In this document: positions 49,381 to 59,544 of the stretch, piece after piece
How the letters are laid out: the number at the start of each line of letters is the position of its first letter
Numbering within the stretch: the first letter of the stretch is position 1
Origin: an uncultured Spirochaetota bacterium
GTDB taxonomy: Bacteria; Spirochaetota; Spirochaetia; SZUA-6; Fen-1364
Length of the DNA: 64,000 nt
NCBI GenBank assembly: GCA_963734545.1
Contig: CAVTHO010000005.1
Location: 512,001 to 576,000, forward strand
Direction of reading: 5' to 3'
Made by a program: the position numbers and the translations under genes
Notes under the pieces: generated by a model
What the model was told of the DNA's origin: nothing
Databases searched by the model: none
What the model saw: only the letters and a program-made list of their open reading frames with translations

Positions 49381-49401
49381 TCGCTGTGAAGAGGTGACCC
49401 G

Positions 49402-50202
49402 ATGGACTACTTCCTCCAGATGAAGAACGTGTCCAAGACCTTTGGCGAGGTGGCGGCGCTCCACCACGTGAACTTCGAGGTCGGCACGAATGAGATCGTG
49501 GGACTGCTTGGAGACAATGGAGCCGGCAAATCCACCCTGGTGAAGATCATGACCGGCTATCACCAGCCCGACCCAGGGGGCGAGTTTGTCCTGAAGGGGA
49601 AGAAAGTCGATCACCTCTCGGTAGCGCGAGCCCGCGGCATGGGCATTGAGGTTGTCTACCAGGAGCGGGCGCTCGCGGACAAACAGTCGCTGTGGCGCAA
49701 CATATTCATGGGGCGCGAGCTCTCCAATTCGTGGGGGCGTCTCGACCTGCGCGAGATGCGGCAGGAGACGCGCAAGCTTATGCACACGCTGATGGGCTTC
49801 ACTTCCTCCGCGGTGAACCCGGAATCGGTGGTCAAGAACTTCTCCGGCGGCGAGCGCCAGGGAGTGGCCATAACCCGGGCGCTGTACTTCAAGGCGGAGA
49901 TGATCATCCTCGACGAGCCGACCATGGGTCTGTCCCTGTCCGAGACGAAGAAGTGTCTCGAGTTCGTGGCGGGGATAAAAGCGGCGGGCAAGGCGGCCAT
50001 ATTCATCGACCACAATATTTTCCACGTCTATCCGGTGGCCGACAGAATCGTCGTGCTGGACCGGGGCACGGTGGCAGGACAATTCATGAAGAACGAGCTC
50101 ACCCTCCAGGAGCTGATAGATCGGCTGTACAACGTGGCCCAAACGGGCAGCCTGGATACCAAGGCCCGGGGCACGCGACGGGGAAAGAGGAAAGGCAAAT
50201 GA
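49402..50202 (+). CDS. Sugar ABC ATP-binding protein (single domain)
   Basis: GDNGAGKST, FSGGERQ, ILDEPT. Confidence 0.93.
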   Translation: MDYFLQMKNVSKTFGEVAALHHVNFEVGTNEIVGLLGDNGAGKSTLVKIMTGYHQPDPGGEFVLKGKKVDHLSVARARGMGIEVVYQERALADKQSLWRNIFMGRELSNSWGRLDLREMRQETRKLMHTLMGFTSSAVNPESVVKNFSGGERQGVAITRALYFKAEMIILDEPTMGLSLSETKKCLEFVAGIKAAGKAAIFIDHNIFHVYPVADRIVVLDRGTVAGQFMKNELTLQELIDRLYNVAQTGSLDTKARGTRRGKRKGK

Positions 50203-51212
50203 AAACTTCGGACGGGATGGCAAGGCTCAAGTCCCCCGCTGCGGGACGCGGCACGATCTCCCAGTTGGCGCGCACCTATTCCCTCCAGATCGGCATCGTA
50301 TTCGTCGCCCTCTTCATCTGGGTGTTGTTCCTCATCGGTTCCCCCCGGACGTTTCTGGCGGGCGACATTTATATCGCGTTCATGTCGACGACGCCATTCT
50401 TTGCTTTGATGGCCATCCCGCTGACGCTCGTTGTCATCACGGGAGAGATCGACCTGTCCTTCGGCTCCATCATGGCGTTCGGCATGACGGCATTCAGCGT
50501 CGTATTCACCGCTACCCAGAGCGTCTGGCTCGGGTTCTTTGCCTGCCTGCTGGCAGGCCTCGGCGCGGGAATCCTGAACGGCATCATCGTCGTAAAAATC
50601 GGAATACCGTCGCTGGTCACAACCATCGGGACGCAATTCTTCTGGGCGGGCGTCGTGCTGGTGGTCACCAACGGAGCGGGGATGGGCATGACGCCTGTCA
50701 GAGACACGATCCTCTATCCCGCCCTGGTGGGCCGGATCGGCGGCGTCATCCCTGCGCAGTTCGTCTGGACCATCGTGTTCGCCGCAGTGGTGTGGTTCTT
50801 CCTGAACCGGCACAGATTCGGCGCGCATGTGTATCTCACGGGCGATAACGTGGAAAGCGCCCGGCTGATGGGTGTGAACGTGGACCTCACCAAGATCATC
50901 ACCTTCGCGATCGTCGGCTTTGCCGCGGCATTTGCCGGCTTTGTGGTCAGCGAGGAGGTGCTCTACTTCTGGCCCACCCTGGGCGGCGGGTATATGCTCA
51001 ATACCCTGGCCTCGGTGTTTCTCGGAGGGACGTCTGTGTTCGGCGGCATGGGTACCATCTTCGGCACATTCGTCGCCTCCTTCATCATCGGATCCATCAA
51101 TGCGGGCATCGTTGCGGCAAACCTGACCGGGTATTGGACACAGTTGATCTACGGCCTGATCATCGTCGTGTCAGTTGCGCTGCAGACCGTGCTGGGGAAG
51201 AGGTTCAAGTAA
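50199..51212 (+). CDS. Sugar ABC permease (RbsC-like)
   Basis: GEIDLSFGS, GIPSLVTTIG, GDNVESARLMGV, LGGTSVFGG. Confidence 0.93.
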   Translation: MKTSDGMARLKSPAAGRGTISQLARTYSLQIGIVFVALFIWVLFLIGSPRTFLAGDIYIAFMSTTPFFALMAIPLTLVVITGEIDLSFGSIMAFGMTAFSVVFTATQSVWLGFFACLLAGLGAGILNGIIVVKIGIPSLVTTIGTQFFWAGVVLVVTNGAGMGMTPVRDTILYPALVGRIGGVIPAQFVWTIVFAAVVWFFLNRHRFGAHVYLTGDNVESARLMGVNVDLTKIITFAIVGFAAAFAGFVVSEEVLYFWPTLGGGYMLNTLASVFLGGTSVFGGMGTIFGTFVASFIIGSINAGIVAANLTGYWTQLIYGLIIVVSVALQTVLGKRFK

Positions 51213-51275
51213 AGCCGCAGCGGACTTCCTTGATGCTCGTCAGTCGCTCCGTTCAGCCCGGAGGGAGGGCTCAGA

Positions 51276-53441
51276 ATGAAAAACCTGAAAGTCGCGGCAA
51301 AGATCGGGACTGGATTCGGTTTGGTGATCGCGATAGCGGCAGGTCTCGGCGCGATCCAGCTCTGGAACATGGTGGGTGTGCAGGGAGAGGCGAACCGCCT
51401 GGACAAGGAAATCGTTCCCCAGGTCGCGGTGGCGAACGACATCGAGCGAAGCGCCCATCGGACCATGTACAGCATGCAGGCCTACCTGCAGTCCATGGAT
51501 ACCGACTCTCTCGACCTGGCAAAGCAGTTCCTGGCCGACATGCAGAAGTACCTCGCGGATGCGGACGCCCTTGCGACGAAGTATCCGCGCCTTCTCGTTC
51601 TGAGGAAGAACGCCGCCGTGGCCAGGTCCCGGGTGGAGGAATACGACACGCTCGTGCAGGATACGGTCTCGGTCAACGCAAGCATCACGGTGGAAAGGAT
51701 GAGCCAGGCTTCCTCCGGATCCACGTTCAACACCAACCTTCAGAACTACATACTGAAGAAGACGGCTGACCTGGACGCCTTGATCAGCCGGAATGCGTCC
51801 CCGGCAGCGTTGAAAAGCACGCTGCAGGAAATCACCATTGCGAATGAGATACGGGACCTCGGCAGCGTTCTCCGGATCGGGAACTTCGAGACGCAGGCCA
51901 CTGCCGATCCGAGCTTCCTGAAGGATGCCATGCAGAGCTTTGCGGACGTGCGGAACCGAATCGCCTCCTGGCGGGCCCTGCCGACCGTGAACAGGAACGA
52001 CCTGATCCAGCTCGAGGCAATCACCGCGAGCGGGGACACCTACCTCCAGGCCTCCCAGACGGTTCTGAACGACGTGGTGAAAAGGGCGGAGGTGAACGCG
52101 GCGCAGCGCAAGACGGCCGAGGCGGTGCTGGAAGCCGCCGTCCAGATCTCGCTGGAAGGATTCAAGGACGCCGCGTCGATCACCACGTTGACGGTGGCGC
52201 GCCTGATGACGGCGATCATCGTTCTCGTGATGGGGATAGGAGCGGCAACGGTCATGGGAATCGCGGTGGCCATTGCGATTACCCGCACGATCACCCGGCC
52301 GCTCTTCAAGGGGGTCGCGTTCGCCCAGCAGATTGCCAATGGGGATTTCAGCACGCTGCTCGACATACGGCAGCGTGACGAGGTCGGAGCGCTCGCCAAT
52401 GCCCTGAACGAGATGGCGATCAAGCTCCGCGATGTCGTGCTCTCGGTCCAGGAGAGCGCGTCACAGGTTGCCCATTCCAGCGAGGAGATCTCGGGAAACG
52501 CCCAGAAGCTCGCCGAAGGAGCGCAGAACCAGGCAACCACGCTCGAGCAGACGAGCGCCGCGGTCGAGGAGCTGGCCGCTTCGGTGGATCAGGTCTCCGC
52601 GCACGCGCAGTCACAGGCTGCCGCGGTGGAGGAAGGTTCAAGCTCGATGTCGCTGGTGCAAACCGCCGTCGAATCGGTCACCCGGAGCCTCGGAGAGATC
52701 TCCGGTCTTGCCCGGAGATCGGCGGAAAACGCGGTGGAGGGCGACAAGGCGGTGCAGTCCGTCGTGGACGTGATCAATCTCATTTCAGGAGGCTCCGAGA
52801 AGATCGGCGGGATCGTGGGCGTGATTTCCGACATCGCGGACCAGACCAATCTCCTCGCGCTCAACGCGGCAATCGAGGCCGCACGGGCAGGGGAGCATGG
52901 TCGGGGATTTGCCGTCGTGGCGGATGAAGTGAGCAAGCTGGCGGAGCGGAGTGCATCGTCGACAAAGGAGATCGAAGGCCTGATCAAGGAGAGCGTCAGG
53001 AACATCAGCGAGGGGGTGAAAACCGCCCGAGGGTCCCAGCTCGCGATGGAACAGATCCGCGCGGCTTCCCAGCAGGTCAACGACACCATCACGACCCTCT
53101 CCGAATCCATGGAGCAGCAGGTCGCGGCAATCAAGGAGCTGGCCGGGGCGCTCGGGAACATAAGCGAGATGAGCCAGGGCATCTCGGCGGCCACGGAGGA
53201 GCAGACCTCCAACGCGAAGCAGGTATCGAAGGCGGTGGAGACCGTCAACGAGCTCACGCAGGCGGCAGCGGCCTCGGCGGCGGAGATGTCCTCCTCCACG
53301 GAGAAGCTCACCAGGATGGCGCAGGGTCTGAATCGGCTGGTTGCCTTGTTCAAGATGGGGGAGGCAGGGGCACCGCTGCACGAGCCTCTTCCCGGCGATG
53401 AGCGCGTCCTCCCGGCGCCGGATGCCGCTCCGACGGCCTAG
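51276..53441 (+). CDS. Methyl-accepting chemotaxis protein with a helical periplasmic sensor
   Basis: [12 protein letters not shown]1, helical ligand-binding region, [44 protein letters not shown]. Confidence 0.95.
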   Translation: MKNLKVAAKIGTGFGLVIAIAAGLGAIQLWNMVGVQGEANRLDKEIVPQVAVANDIERSAHRTMYSMQAYLQSMDTDSLDLAKQFLADMQKYLADADALATKYPRLLVLRKNAAVARSRVEEYDTLVQDTVSVNASITVERMSQASSGSTFNTNLQNYILKKTADLDALISRNASPAALKSTLQEITIANEIRDLGSVLRIGNFETQATADPSFLKDAMQSFADVRNRIASWRALPTVNRNDLIQLEAITASGDTYLQASQTVLNDVVKRAEVNAAQRKTAEAVLEAAVQISLEGFKDAASITTLTVARLMTAIIVLVMGIGAATVMGIAVAIAITRTITRPLFKGVAFAQQIANGDFSTLLDIRQRDEVGALANALNEMAIKLRDVVLSVQESASQVAHSSEEISGNAQKLAEGAQNQATTLEQTSAAVEELAASVDQVSAHAQSQAAAVEEGSSSMSLVQTAVESVTRSLGEISGLARRSAENAVEGDKAVQSVVDVINLISGGSEKIGGIVGVISDIADQTNLLALNAAIEAARAGEHGRGFAVVADEVSKLAERSASSTKEIEGLIKESVRNISEGVKTARGSQLAMEQIRAASQQVNDTITTLSESMEQQVAAIKELAGALGNISEMSQGISAATEEQTSNAKQVSKAVETVNELTQAAAASAAEMSSSTEKLTRMAQGLNRLVALFKMGEAGAPLHEPLPGDERVLPAPDAAPTA

Positions 53442-53451
53442 GAAGTCCTGC

Positions 53452-54315
53452 TCATTTCATCGAGGTGCCGGATCTTCCTCTCTGCAGTCTCTTTTCAAGA
53501 AGCCGGACGAGCATCGAGAGAGTGATGGTCAGGAAGAGATAGAGGAAAGCGACCACGTTGTACGTCTCGAAGAACCTGAAGGTGCTCGCCGCATAGACCT
53601 TTCCCATCTGCGTGATGTCCTGGACGCCCAGCGCGCTCACCAGGGCGGAATCCTTTATCATCGCGACGAACTCGTTGCCGAGCGGCGGAAGCACGTTCCG
53701 CACGGCCTGCGGCAGGACGATGCGGATCATCACGTGGCCCCTGCCCAGGCCGAGCGCATACGCCGCCTCCCACTGGCCGGCGTCGATGGACTGGATGCCC
53801 GCGCGGAAGATCTCCGAGATGAAGGCGCCGTAGCCGAGGGTGAGCGCGATGATCGCCCTCCAGGAGAAGTCGATGCTGCGGACGCTGAGCGGCTGCAGGA
53901 TGCCCTTCCGCACCAACGGCGCGAGCAGGAAATTCGCCGCTTCCACGAGCCCCGGGGCGCCGATGAATGCGATGTAGTAAAGGATCACGAGCATCGGCAC
54001 GCCCCGCACGATCTCCACCCAGAATGTGGCCGCCTCCCGCACGACTCGCGAAGGGGACACCCGGCACAGGCCGAGGAACAGGCCGACCAGGATGGAGAAA
54101 GCGAACGCGACGATCGAGATCCACAGTGTCGTGAGAAGCCCGGTCGCCGTGGCGCGGAAGATGATGCGGTAGTCGTTCCTGCTGGCGATGTTCCAGAGGA
54201 TCAGGATCCCGAGGAGGATCACCCCGAGCAGCCAGAAGGGAAGCTTTTTCAGCCTGTCGGCAAAGGGAAGGAGATGGGTACCGCCTATGTTGCCGCCGCG
54301 GAAAGGTTCGCTCAT
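53452..54315 (-). CDS. Polar amino acid ABC permease
   Basis: VRGVPMLV, SEIFRAGIQSIDAGQWEAA, PQAVRNVLPPLGNEF, KDSAL. Confidence 0.94.
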   Translation of the reverse strand: MSEPFRGGNIGGTHLLPFADRLKKLPFWLLGVILLGILILWNIASRNDYRIIFRATATGLLTTLWISIVAFAFSILVGLFLGLCRVSPSRVVREAATFWVEIVRGVPMLVILYYIAFIGAPGLVEAANFLLAPLVRKGILQPLSVRSIDFSWRAIIALTLGYGAFISEIFRAGIQSIDAGQWEAAYALGLGRGHVMIRIVLPQAVRNVLPPLGNEFVAMIKDSALVSALGVQDITQMGKVYAASTFRFFETYNVVAFLYLFLTITLSMLVRLLEKRLQRGRSGTSMK

Positions 54316-54333
54316 GAAAGGAGACCCGGGGGA

Positions 54334-54402
54334 GCGCAGGGGGGAGACAACCGGCAGGATCGCGGACGGAAAACCCGCAAGCTGGCCGATGTCCCCCTGC
54401 GC
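54334..54402 (-). terminator. Long stem-loop between the binding-protein and permease genes
   Basis: GCGCAGGGGG...CCCCCTGCGC inverted repeat with inner pairing. Confidence 0.5.
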
Positions 54403-54415
54403 ACCGCGCGGAGGG

Positions 54416-55204
54416 CTACTTCTGATTATACTCGAAGAACCACTTTGTCGTGAGCTTGTCCAGGGTGCCGTCGTCCTTCAGGGCCTGTATGGCGGCATTG
54501 AACGGCGCCGCGAGGTCCGACCCTGTCTTGAAGATGAATCCATAGTTGTCCGTGCCCAGGGGATCACCCACGATCTTGAGCTTGTCGGGATTGGCGCCGA
54601 CGTAGCCCCTGCTGGAGGCCGCGTCCATCAGGACACAGTCCACGTCGCCGGCGAGGAGCGCCTGCACCGTCGCGCCAAAGGTCTCCAGCAGCTTGATGCG
54701 GGGATTGTCCTCTTTGCCGTCAAGGACGTTGTAGACCGCCACGTAGAAGTTGGTCGTGCCGGCCTGGGATCCGATGAGGAGCTTCGGATTGGCGGCGAAC
54801 TCCGCCGCGTTCTTGAACCTCGTCTCGTCCCTTCGCACCAGCATGAACTGCTGGCTCACCATGTAGGAATCGGAGAAGTCGACCTGTTTCTTGCGTTCGT
54901 CGGTGATGGAAATCCCGTCCATGCCCACGTCATACTGCCCGTCCCGGACCGCCTGGATCATCGTGTCCCACGAGCAGATGTTCCACACGATCTTCGCGTT
55001 CAGCCGCTTGCCGATCTCGTTGACAGCGTCATATTCCCAGCCCCCTGCCTTGCCGGTCTTGGGATCCACGAAGTTCAGCGGCGTAAATGCATTTTCGGTA
55101 ACCGCGCGGATCACGCGGCCCTTCAGGTCGGGGAGTTTCTTTGCCTGTCCGAACGCGGAAACGGCGAGAAACGCGATAAGCACCCCGCACACGATCTTTC
55201 TCAT
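54416..55204 (-). CDS. Polar amino acid ABC substrate-binding protein
   Basis: Signal peptide, ENAFTPLNF, GISITDERKKQVDFSDSY, QAGTTN; RBS AGGAGG. Confidence 0.93.
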   Translation of the reverse strand: MRKIVCGVLIAFLAVSAFGQAKKLPDLKGRVIRAVTENAFTPLNFVDPKTGKAGGWEYDAVNEIGKRLNAKIVWNICSWDTMIQAVRDGQYDVGMDGISITDERKKQVDFSDSYMVSQQFMLVRRDETRFKNAAEFAANPKLLIGSQAGTTNFYVAVYNVLDGKEDNPRIKLLETFGATVQALLAGDVDCVLMDAASSRGYVGANPDKLKIVGDPLGTDNYGFIFKTGSDLAAPFNAAIQALKDDGTLDKLTTKWFFEYNQK

Positions 55205-55403
55205 GAGCTCCTCCTGTTCGGAAAATGGTACATAAATTCCCGGCAGCGTTCAAGCAAACGGGTGCCGCTCGCGGGAAAAGGGATGCGCTTCGCGCATAAG
55301 AAGGTGCGCGGGCGCACAAGAGGGGATGCGCTACGCGCAGAAGGCGGGATGCGCCGCCTGCGCAATGGTAGGCGATGACTGCGGGGATTCGTATCTTCTT
55401 TCC

Positions 55404-56031
55404 ATGATCGTCGACCTGCATGTCGAATCCTACATCGCCTCGCTTGACGGCCAGGCGGACCCGGTCTTTGCCGCCATGGAAACCCTGGCAGCAAGAAAGA
55501 GCTTTCCCATCATCGGGCGGCACGCGGGGTCGCTGCTGGCGCTTCTCGCGCGGTGCATGGGCGCGCGCCGCGTGCTCGAGCTCGGGTCGGGCTACGGCTA
55601 CTCCGCGCTGTGGTTCGCGCGCGCGCTGCCGGAGGACGGCACGGTGGCGTGCACCGATCTCTCCCGGGACAACCGGGACCTTGCGATGAACTTCTTCCGC
55701 ACCGCCGGGGTCGAGAAAAAGATCTCGTTCCACGTGGGTGACGCGCTCGCCTTTGCCCGGGGGCCAGCGGGGTCCTTTCGACATCATCCTCAACGATATC
55801 GACAAGGAATCCTATCCTGCCAGCGTGGAGGTGGCCGTGCCGCTCCTGAGGTCCGGCGGGCTTTTCATAACGGACAACACGCTCTGGAGCGGAAAGGTGG
55901 CGGACGAGAGCGTCTCCGACGCCGACACGAACGCGATCAGAGCCTTCAACAAGGCCGTATTCTCCCGCGGCGACCTCGAGTCGCTCATTGTTCCCATCAG
56001 GGACGGGCTGACAGTCTGCAGGAAGAAATGA
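55404..56031 (+). pseudogene. SAM-dependent O-methyltransferase (YrrM/COMT-like), one frameshift near 55765
   Basis: FPIIG, VLELGSGYGYS, then FDIILNDIDKESYP, TDNTLWSG, PIRDGL in the next frame. Confidence 0.88.
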
Positions 56032-56768
56032 AGGCCGCGCGGGCCGGCGGCGAAACGGATGGGCAGGAGCGGATCGCGCGGGAGACGCTCCATGTTCTCC
56101 GCGCGGCGCCGAGCGGCTCGCTGCCTGTCGTCACCGTGAGCTGGGCCCGGTCGGTCACCGGCGCAATCGCGGCAGCCGACGGCGCGCGGACACCGCTGAG
56201 CGGTCCCGAGTCGCTCCGCCTTACCCACCGCCTGCGGGCGATGCACGACGCCATCCTGGTCGGGATTCAGACGGTGCTCTCCGACGATCCGCTTCTCTCG
56301 GTGCGTCTTGTCGAAGGCGCCCAGCCGCAGCCGGTGGTTCTCGATTCGAGGCTCCGTTTCCCTCCGGATGCGAGGCTGCTTTCCCGTACGGACAGGAAAC
56401 CCTGGATCTTTCATCTGGAAGGTGCCGAAACAGGGGCCCGCGGCCCGGGGCTGGTGCGCGGGGGGGCCCGGCTCTTCCCCGTGCCCCGCGGCAAGGGCGG
56501 TCTCGATCTTCGAAGCGTGCTCGCCGCGCTTCTTTCCGAGCGCATCCGCTCTCTCATGGTGGAAGGAGGGGCGCGCGTTCTCGATTCGTTCATTTCCCAG
56601 GGCCTCGCGTCTCAGGCGGTGATCACGGTGAGCCCGACGGTCATCGAGGGGATCCCGGGGCCCCGCATGCCGGAGACCCCGCACTCCCTGCGGGAACGCT
56701 GCGGCATCGACGAGGTGGTGTGGGTCGACTTCAGAGCGCGCAGTAGCGATCGATCCGCCCGCGGATGA
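56028..56768 (+). CDS. RibD C-terminal-domain reductase
   Basis: VTVSWARSVTGAI, HDAILVGIQTVLSDDP, VVLDSRLR, LMVEGGA; ATGA overlap with the methyltransferase. Confidence 0.87.
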   Translation: MKAARAGGETDGQERIARETLHVLRAAPSGSLPVVTVSWARSVTGAIAAADGARTPLSGPESLRLTHRLRAMHDAILVGIQTVLSDDPLLSVRLVEGAQPQPVVLDSRLRFPPDARLLSRTDRKPWIFHLEGAETGARGPGLVRGGARLFPVPRGKGGLDLRSVLAALLSERIRSLMVEGGARVLDSFISQGLASQAVITVSPTVIEGIPGPRMPETPHSLRERCGIDEVVWVDFRARSSDRSARG

Positions 56769-58530
56769 TCTGGATCGAGTCATCCCAGAACGTGCGGCCG
56801 CGGATGTCGATGCCGAACCGCGCGGCCAGGTCCGCCGCGTTCGCCTCGCCGGTGGAGGCGAGCAGCTGCTGATAGGCCGGGACGAACTCCTGGCCCCTCT
56901 TTTTGTATACGGCGTACAGCCCGGTGCCGAACAGCAGCCCGAATGCATAGGGGAAATTGTAGAAATTGAGGTCCGCGAAGTAGTAGTGGGGCTTCCAGGT
57001 CCACATGTACCTGTGCCGGAAGCGCGCATCGAGACCGTCGCCATAGGCGGCTTCCTGCGCCCGGTCCATGATCTCGCACAGGTCGTCCGCCGAAAGCTCC
57101 GATCGTTCCCGGCGTTCCATGACTTCCCTCTCGAACAGGAACCGCGAGTAGATATCCACGATCACCTGCCCCTCGCCGATGAGGGAGTTTTCCAGCACGG
57201 CGAGCTCCTCCTGGGGCCCGCGCGCCCGGGCAAGGACCGCGTTATGCACGATGTTTTCGCACATGATCGAGGCGGTCTCCGCGAGGGTCATGGGCGTCAC
57301 CTGCTGCAGCTCCGTCTTGCCGGCTCGATAGGCGCATTCGTTGTGGAAGCCGTGGCCCAGCTCGTGCGCCACCGTGGAAACCTGGTCAAGGGAACCATCG
57401 AAGTTGCAGAGGATCCGCGATTCCTTCACCCGGGGTACGGCCGAGCAGAACGCGCCTCCCCGCTTGCCGTCGCGCGGCTGGGCGTCGATCCACCTGGCGT
57501 CGAACGCGCGCTGGGCAAAAGAGCGCAGGTCGGAGGAGAAGCCCGCGAAGTTCTCCAGGATGAACTCCCGGGCCTGCTGCCAGGTGAAGGCGCTTCCCTG
57601 CCTGCCGGTGGGGGCGCAGATGTCCCACCAGGCCAGGCTCTTCTTGCCCAGCCGCGCCGCCTTTGCCCTGAAGTAGCGGCGGAACTGGGGAAGGGAATCC
57701 TTCATGGAGTCCAGGAGCGCCTGCAGGGTAGGGCGATCGATGCGCGCCAGGTCGATGGGCGCGTGGAGGCAATCGGTGCGGCCGCGCCGCTTCTGCAGGG
57801 AAACCGCCGTGCCCTTGACGCCGTTCATGCACGCGGCGAGCGGCTCCTGCACCTTTTCCCATTCCCGCATCTCCGCCTCATACGCGCGCCGGCGCACGGA
57901 CTCTTCGGGGTGGGAGCGCAGGTTGATGAGCGCCGGCATGGGAAGCTTTCGCACGGCGCCGTCCAGATCGATCTCCACGTTGATCTGGGACGTCACGGTG
58001 CGCTGGAGCTTGCTCCACGCCTGCGCGCCCGCGAGGGAAAGCTCCGCGGCGAGCATCTCTTCCGGATCGCTCATGAGATACGCGCCCTGCGCGGCCGCCT
58101 CGTTCAGAATGAACGCGTGGTCCCGGGCCGGGCCTGCGTGCTCCAGCGCCCGGGGAAGCGCCTCCGCGACGCCGCGGATCCAGCCCTGGAAACGGGTCCA
58201 GTTCTGCTTCAGCCGGACCAGCATGATCTCCAGCTCGGACTGCTTCTTTGCCGCTGTCCGGTCATACGAGTCGGTCGCCACGAAAGAATCGACATAGACC
58301 TCGAGGGTCGTGGAGAGCAGGTACGCGCGGTTGAAGAGCTCGACCGCGCGGTCCAGGGCCGCGGCGAGTTTTTCCGGCAGGGCAGTCTTCGACACGGGAG
58401 CCAGGCTCCCCGCATGATGCCGTTCGATTTCTTCCAGAATCGTTGCGAGCGCGGCCAGGTCGGCGGCGAGCTCCGGGGAGGCGAGATCCGGATAGATGGT
58501 GCTCAAATCCCAACGGGGCAGAGTATCCAT
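56731..58530 (-). CDS. pepF: Oligoendopeptidase F (M3B)
   Basis: WDLSTIY, GKRGGAFC, AHELGHGFH, LAETAS, FYNFPYAFG. Confidence 0.94.
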   Translation of the reverse strand: MDTLPRWDLSTIYPDLASPELAADLAALATILEEIERHHAGSLAPVSKTALPEKLAAALDRAVELFNRAYLLSTTLEVYVDSFVATDSYDRTAAKKQSELEIMLVRLKQNWTRFQGWIRGVAEALPRALEHAGPARDHAFILNEAAAQGAYLMSDPEEMLAAELSLAGAQAWSKLQRTVTSQINVEIDLDGAVRKLPMPALINLRSHPEESVRRRAYEAEMREWEKVQEPLAACMNGVKGTAVSLQKRRGRTDCLHAPIDLARIDRPTLQALLDSMKDSLPQFRRYFRAKAARLGKKSLAWWDICAPTGRQGSAFTWQQAREFILENFAGFSSDLRSFAQRAFDARWIDAQPRDGKRGGAFCSAVPRVKESRILCNFDGSLDQVSTVAHELGHGFHNECAYRAGKTELQQVTPMTLAETASIMCENIVHNAVLARARGPQEELAVLENSLIGEGQVIVDIYSRFLFEREVMERRERSELSADDLCEIMDRAQEAAYGDGLDARFRHRYMWTWKPHYYFADLNFYNFPYAFGLLFGTGLYAVYKKRGQEFVPAYQQLLASTGEANAADLAARFGIDIRGRTFWDDSIQIIRGRIDRYCAL

Positions 58531-58539
58531 GTCGTGGTC

Positions 58540-58598
58540 ACGGCGATGCCGAATCCGCCGACTACGGCGATGCCCAATCCGCCGACTACGGCGACGCC
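58540..58598 (+). repeat. 24-nt tandem hairpin repeat overlapping the GNAT stop codon
   Basis: ACGGCGATGCC(G/C)AATCCGCCGACT twice plus a partial copy; junctions form CGCCG-ACTA-CGGCG; related to the sbcD repeat. Confidence 0.85.
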
Positions 58599-59110
58599 GT
58601 GTTCCTCCTCATGATGAAATCCGTCTGACGCTTCTTGCCCATGTAAAAGTCGTGTGTGCCGGCCTTGGCAAATCCCATCCTCGTGTAGAAGGCGATGGCG
58701 TTCCCGTTCTTCTTCCACACTCCCAGCCAGACGGCTTTCTTCTTTGAGAGCCTCGCGACTTCCATGGCTTTGTCGATCAGAGCCTTGCCGAGCCCCAGGC
58801 CCTGGAAATCCCTGATGACGTAGATCCGCTCGATCTCGAGCGCCTCGGGGTCCCGCAGGTCTGTCTGGGCGTCGCCCTGGTTGATCTTCATGTATCCGGC
58901 GAGCACGTCATCGTTGTAGAGGAAAAAGAACGTGGAGTGCGGGTTCTTCAGCTCTGTCTCGAGCCTTGCCCTGCTGAAGGAGGCGTCAAGATACTCATTG
59001 AAGCTGGACGCATCATTGAGACGACGAAAGGTATCGTCAAATGTCTGGAAGGCGATGTTCCGCAGCGCGTCCAGGTCGGCAAGCTCGCACCTGCGGATGC
59101 GCACACCCAT
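58586..59110 (-). CDS. GNAT acetyltransferase (PaiA/spermidine N1-acetyltransferase-like)
   Basis: AGYMKIN, LEIERIYV, FQGLGLGK, VWLGVW, NAIAFY. Confidence 0.9.
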   Translation of the reverse strand: MGVRIRRCELADLDALRNIAFQTFDDTFRRLNDASSFNEYLDASFSRARLETELKNPHSTFFFLYNDDVLAGYMKINQGDAQTDLRDPEALEIERIYVIRDFQGLGLGKALIDKAMEVARLSKKKAVWLGVWKKNGNAIAFYTRMGFAKAGTHDFYMGKKRQTDFIMRRNTASP

Positions 59111-59121
59111 GCCGTTCGACC

Positions 59122-59454
59122 TTACCGCAGGCCGTTTACCGATATCGCCACTTTGTGGTCCCTGACGATGACCAGGCACACACCATCCCTCGCGTCGTAG
59201 TATTCGAACGCCTGCTGCACGGCGTTGAATGGAAAGCTGCGTTTCACTGCCGATTCCGGGCTGACATAGGTTTCCCTCATCACCCCGTTTTCCACCCGCG
59301 CGATCACCGCGTGTTTTTCTCCGAGTGACTGGCTTTCCTCCAGGGTTTTCATGAGGATCTTGTCGGACATCACGGCGGTCGTGATCTGCCAGTCGAGGCT
59401 GCTTTCTTCCTGCGACATTTCCTGATAGATCAGCTTTTCCGTCGGCTCTTCCAT
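59122..59454 (-). CDS. Small hypothetical protein
   Basis: Protein-like composition (MEEPTEKLIYQEM...), co-oriented with the GNAT gene; no motif recognised. Confidence 0.6.
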   Translation of the reverse strand: MEEPTEKLIYQEMSQEESSLDWQITTAVMSDKILMKTLEESQSLGEKHAVIARVENGVMRETYVSPESAVKRSFPFNAVQQAFEYYDARDGVCLVIVRDHKVAISVNGLR

Positions 59455-59502
59455 GTCGTCTTTGCGCGGCAGGTGCAGTGACCCCGATCCGCGCGCGAAG
59501 CC

Positions 59503-59532
59503 ATAGTAGCCGTCATGACCGTCCTGTGTCAA
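59503..59532 (-). promoter_or_regulatory. Putative sigma70 promoter
   Basis: Minus strand TTGACA-N18-TACTAT. Confidence 0.5.
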
Positions 59533-59544
59533 CGAATCGGCTCC

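Noticed and set aside
55326-56768. Apparent methyltransferase-RibD fusion (480-aa ORF)
   Set aside because: It arises from a frameshift near 55765; the methyltransferase ends at 56031 in another frame and RibD_C has its own ATGA-coupled start.
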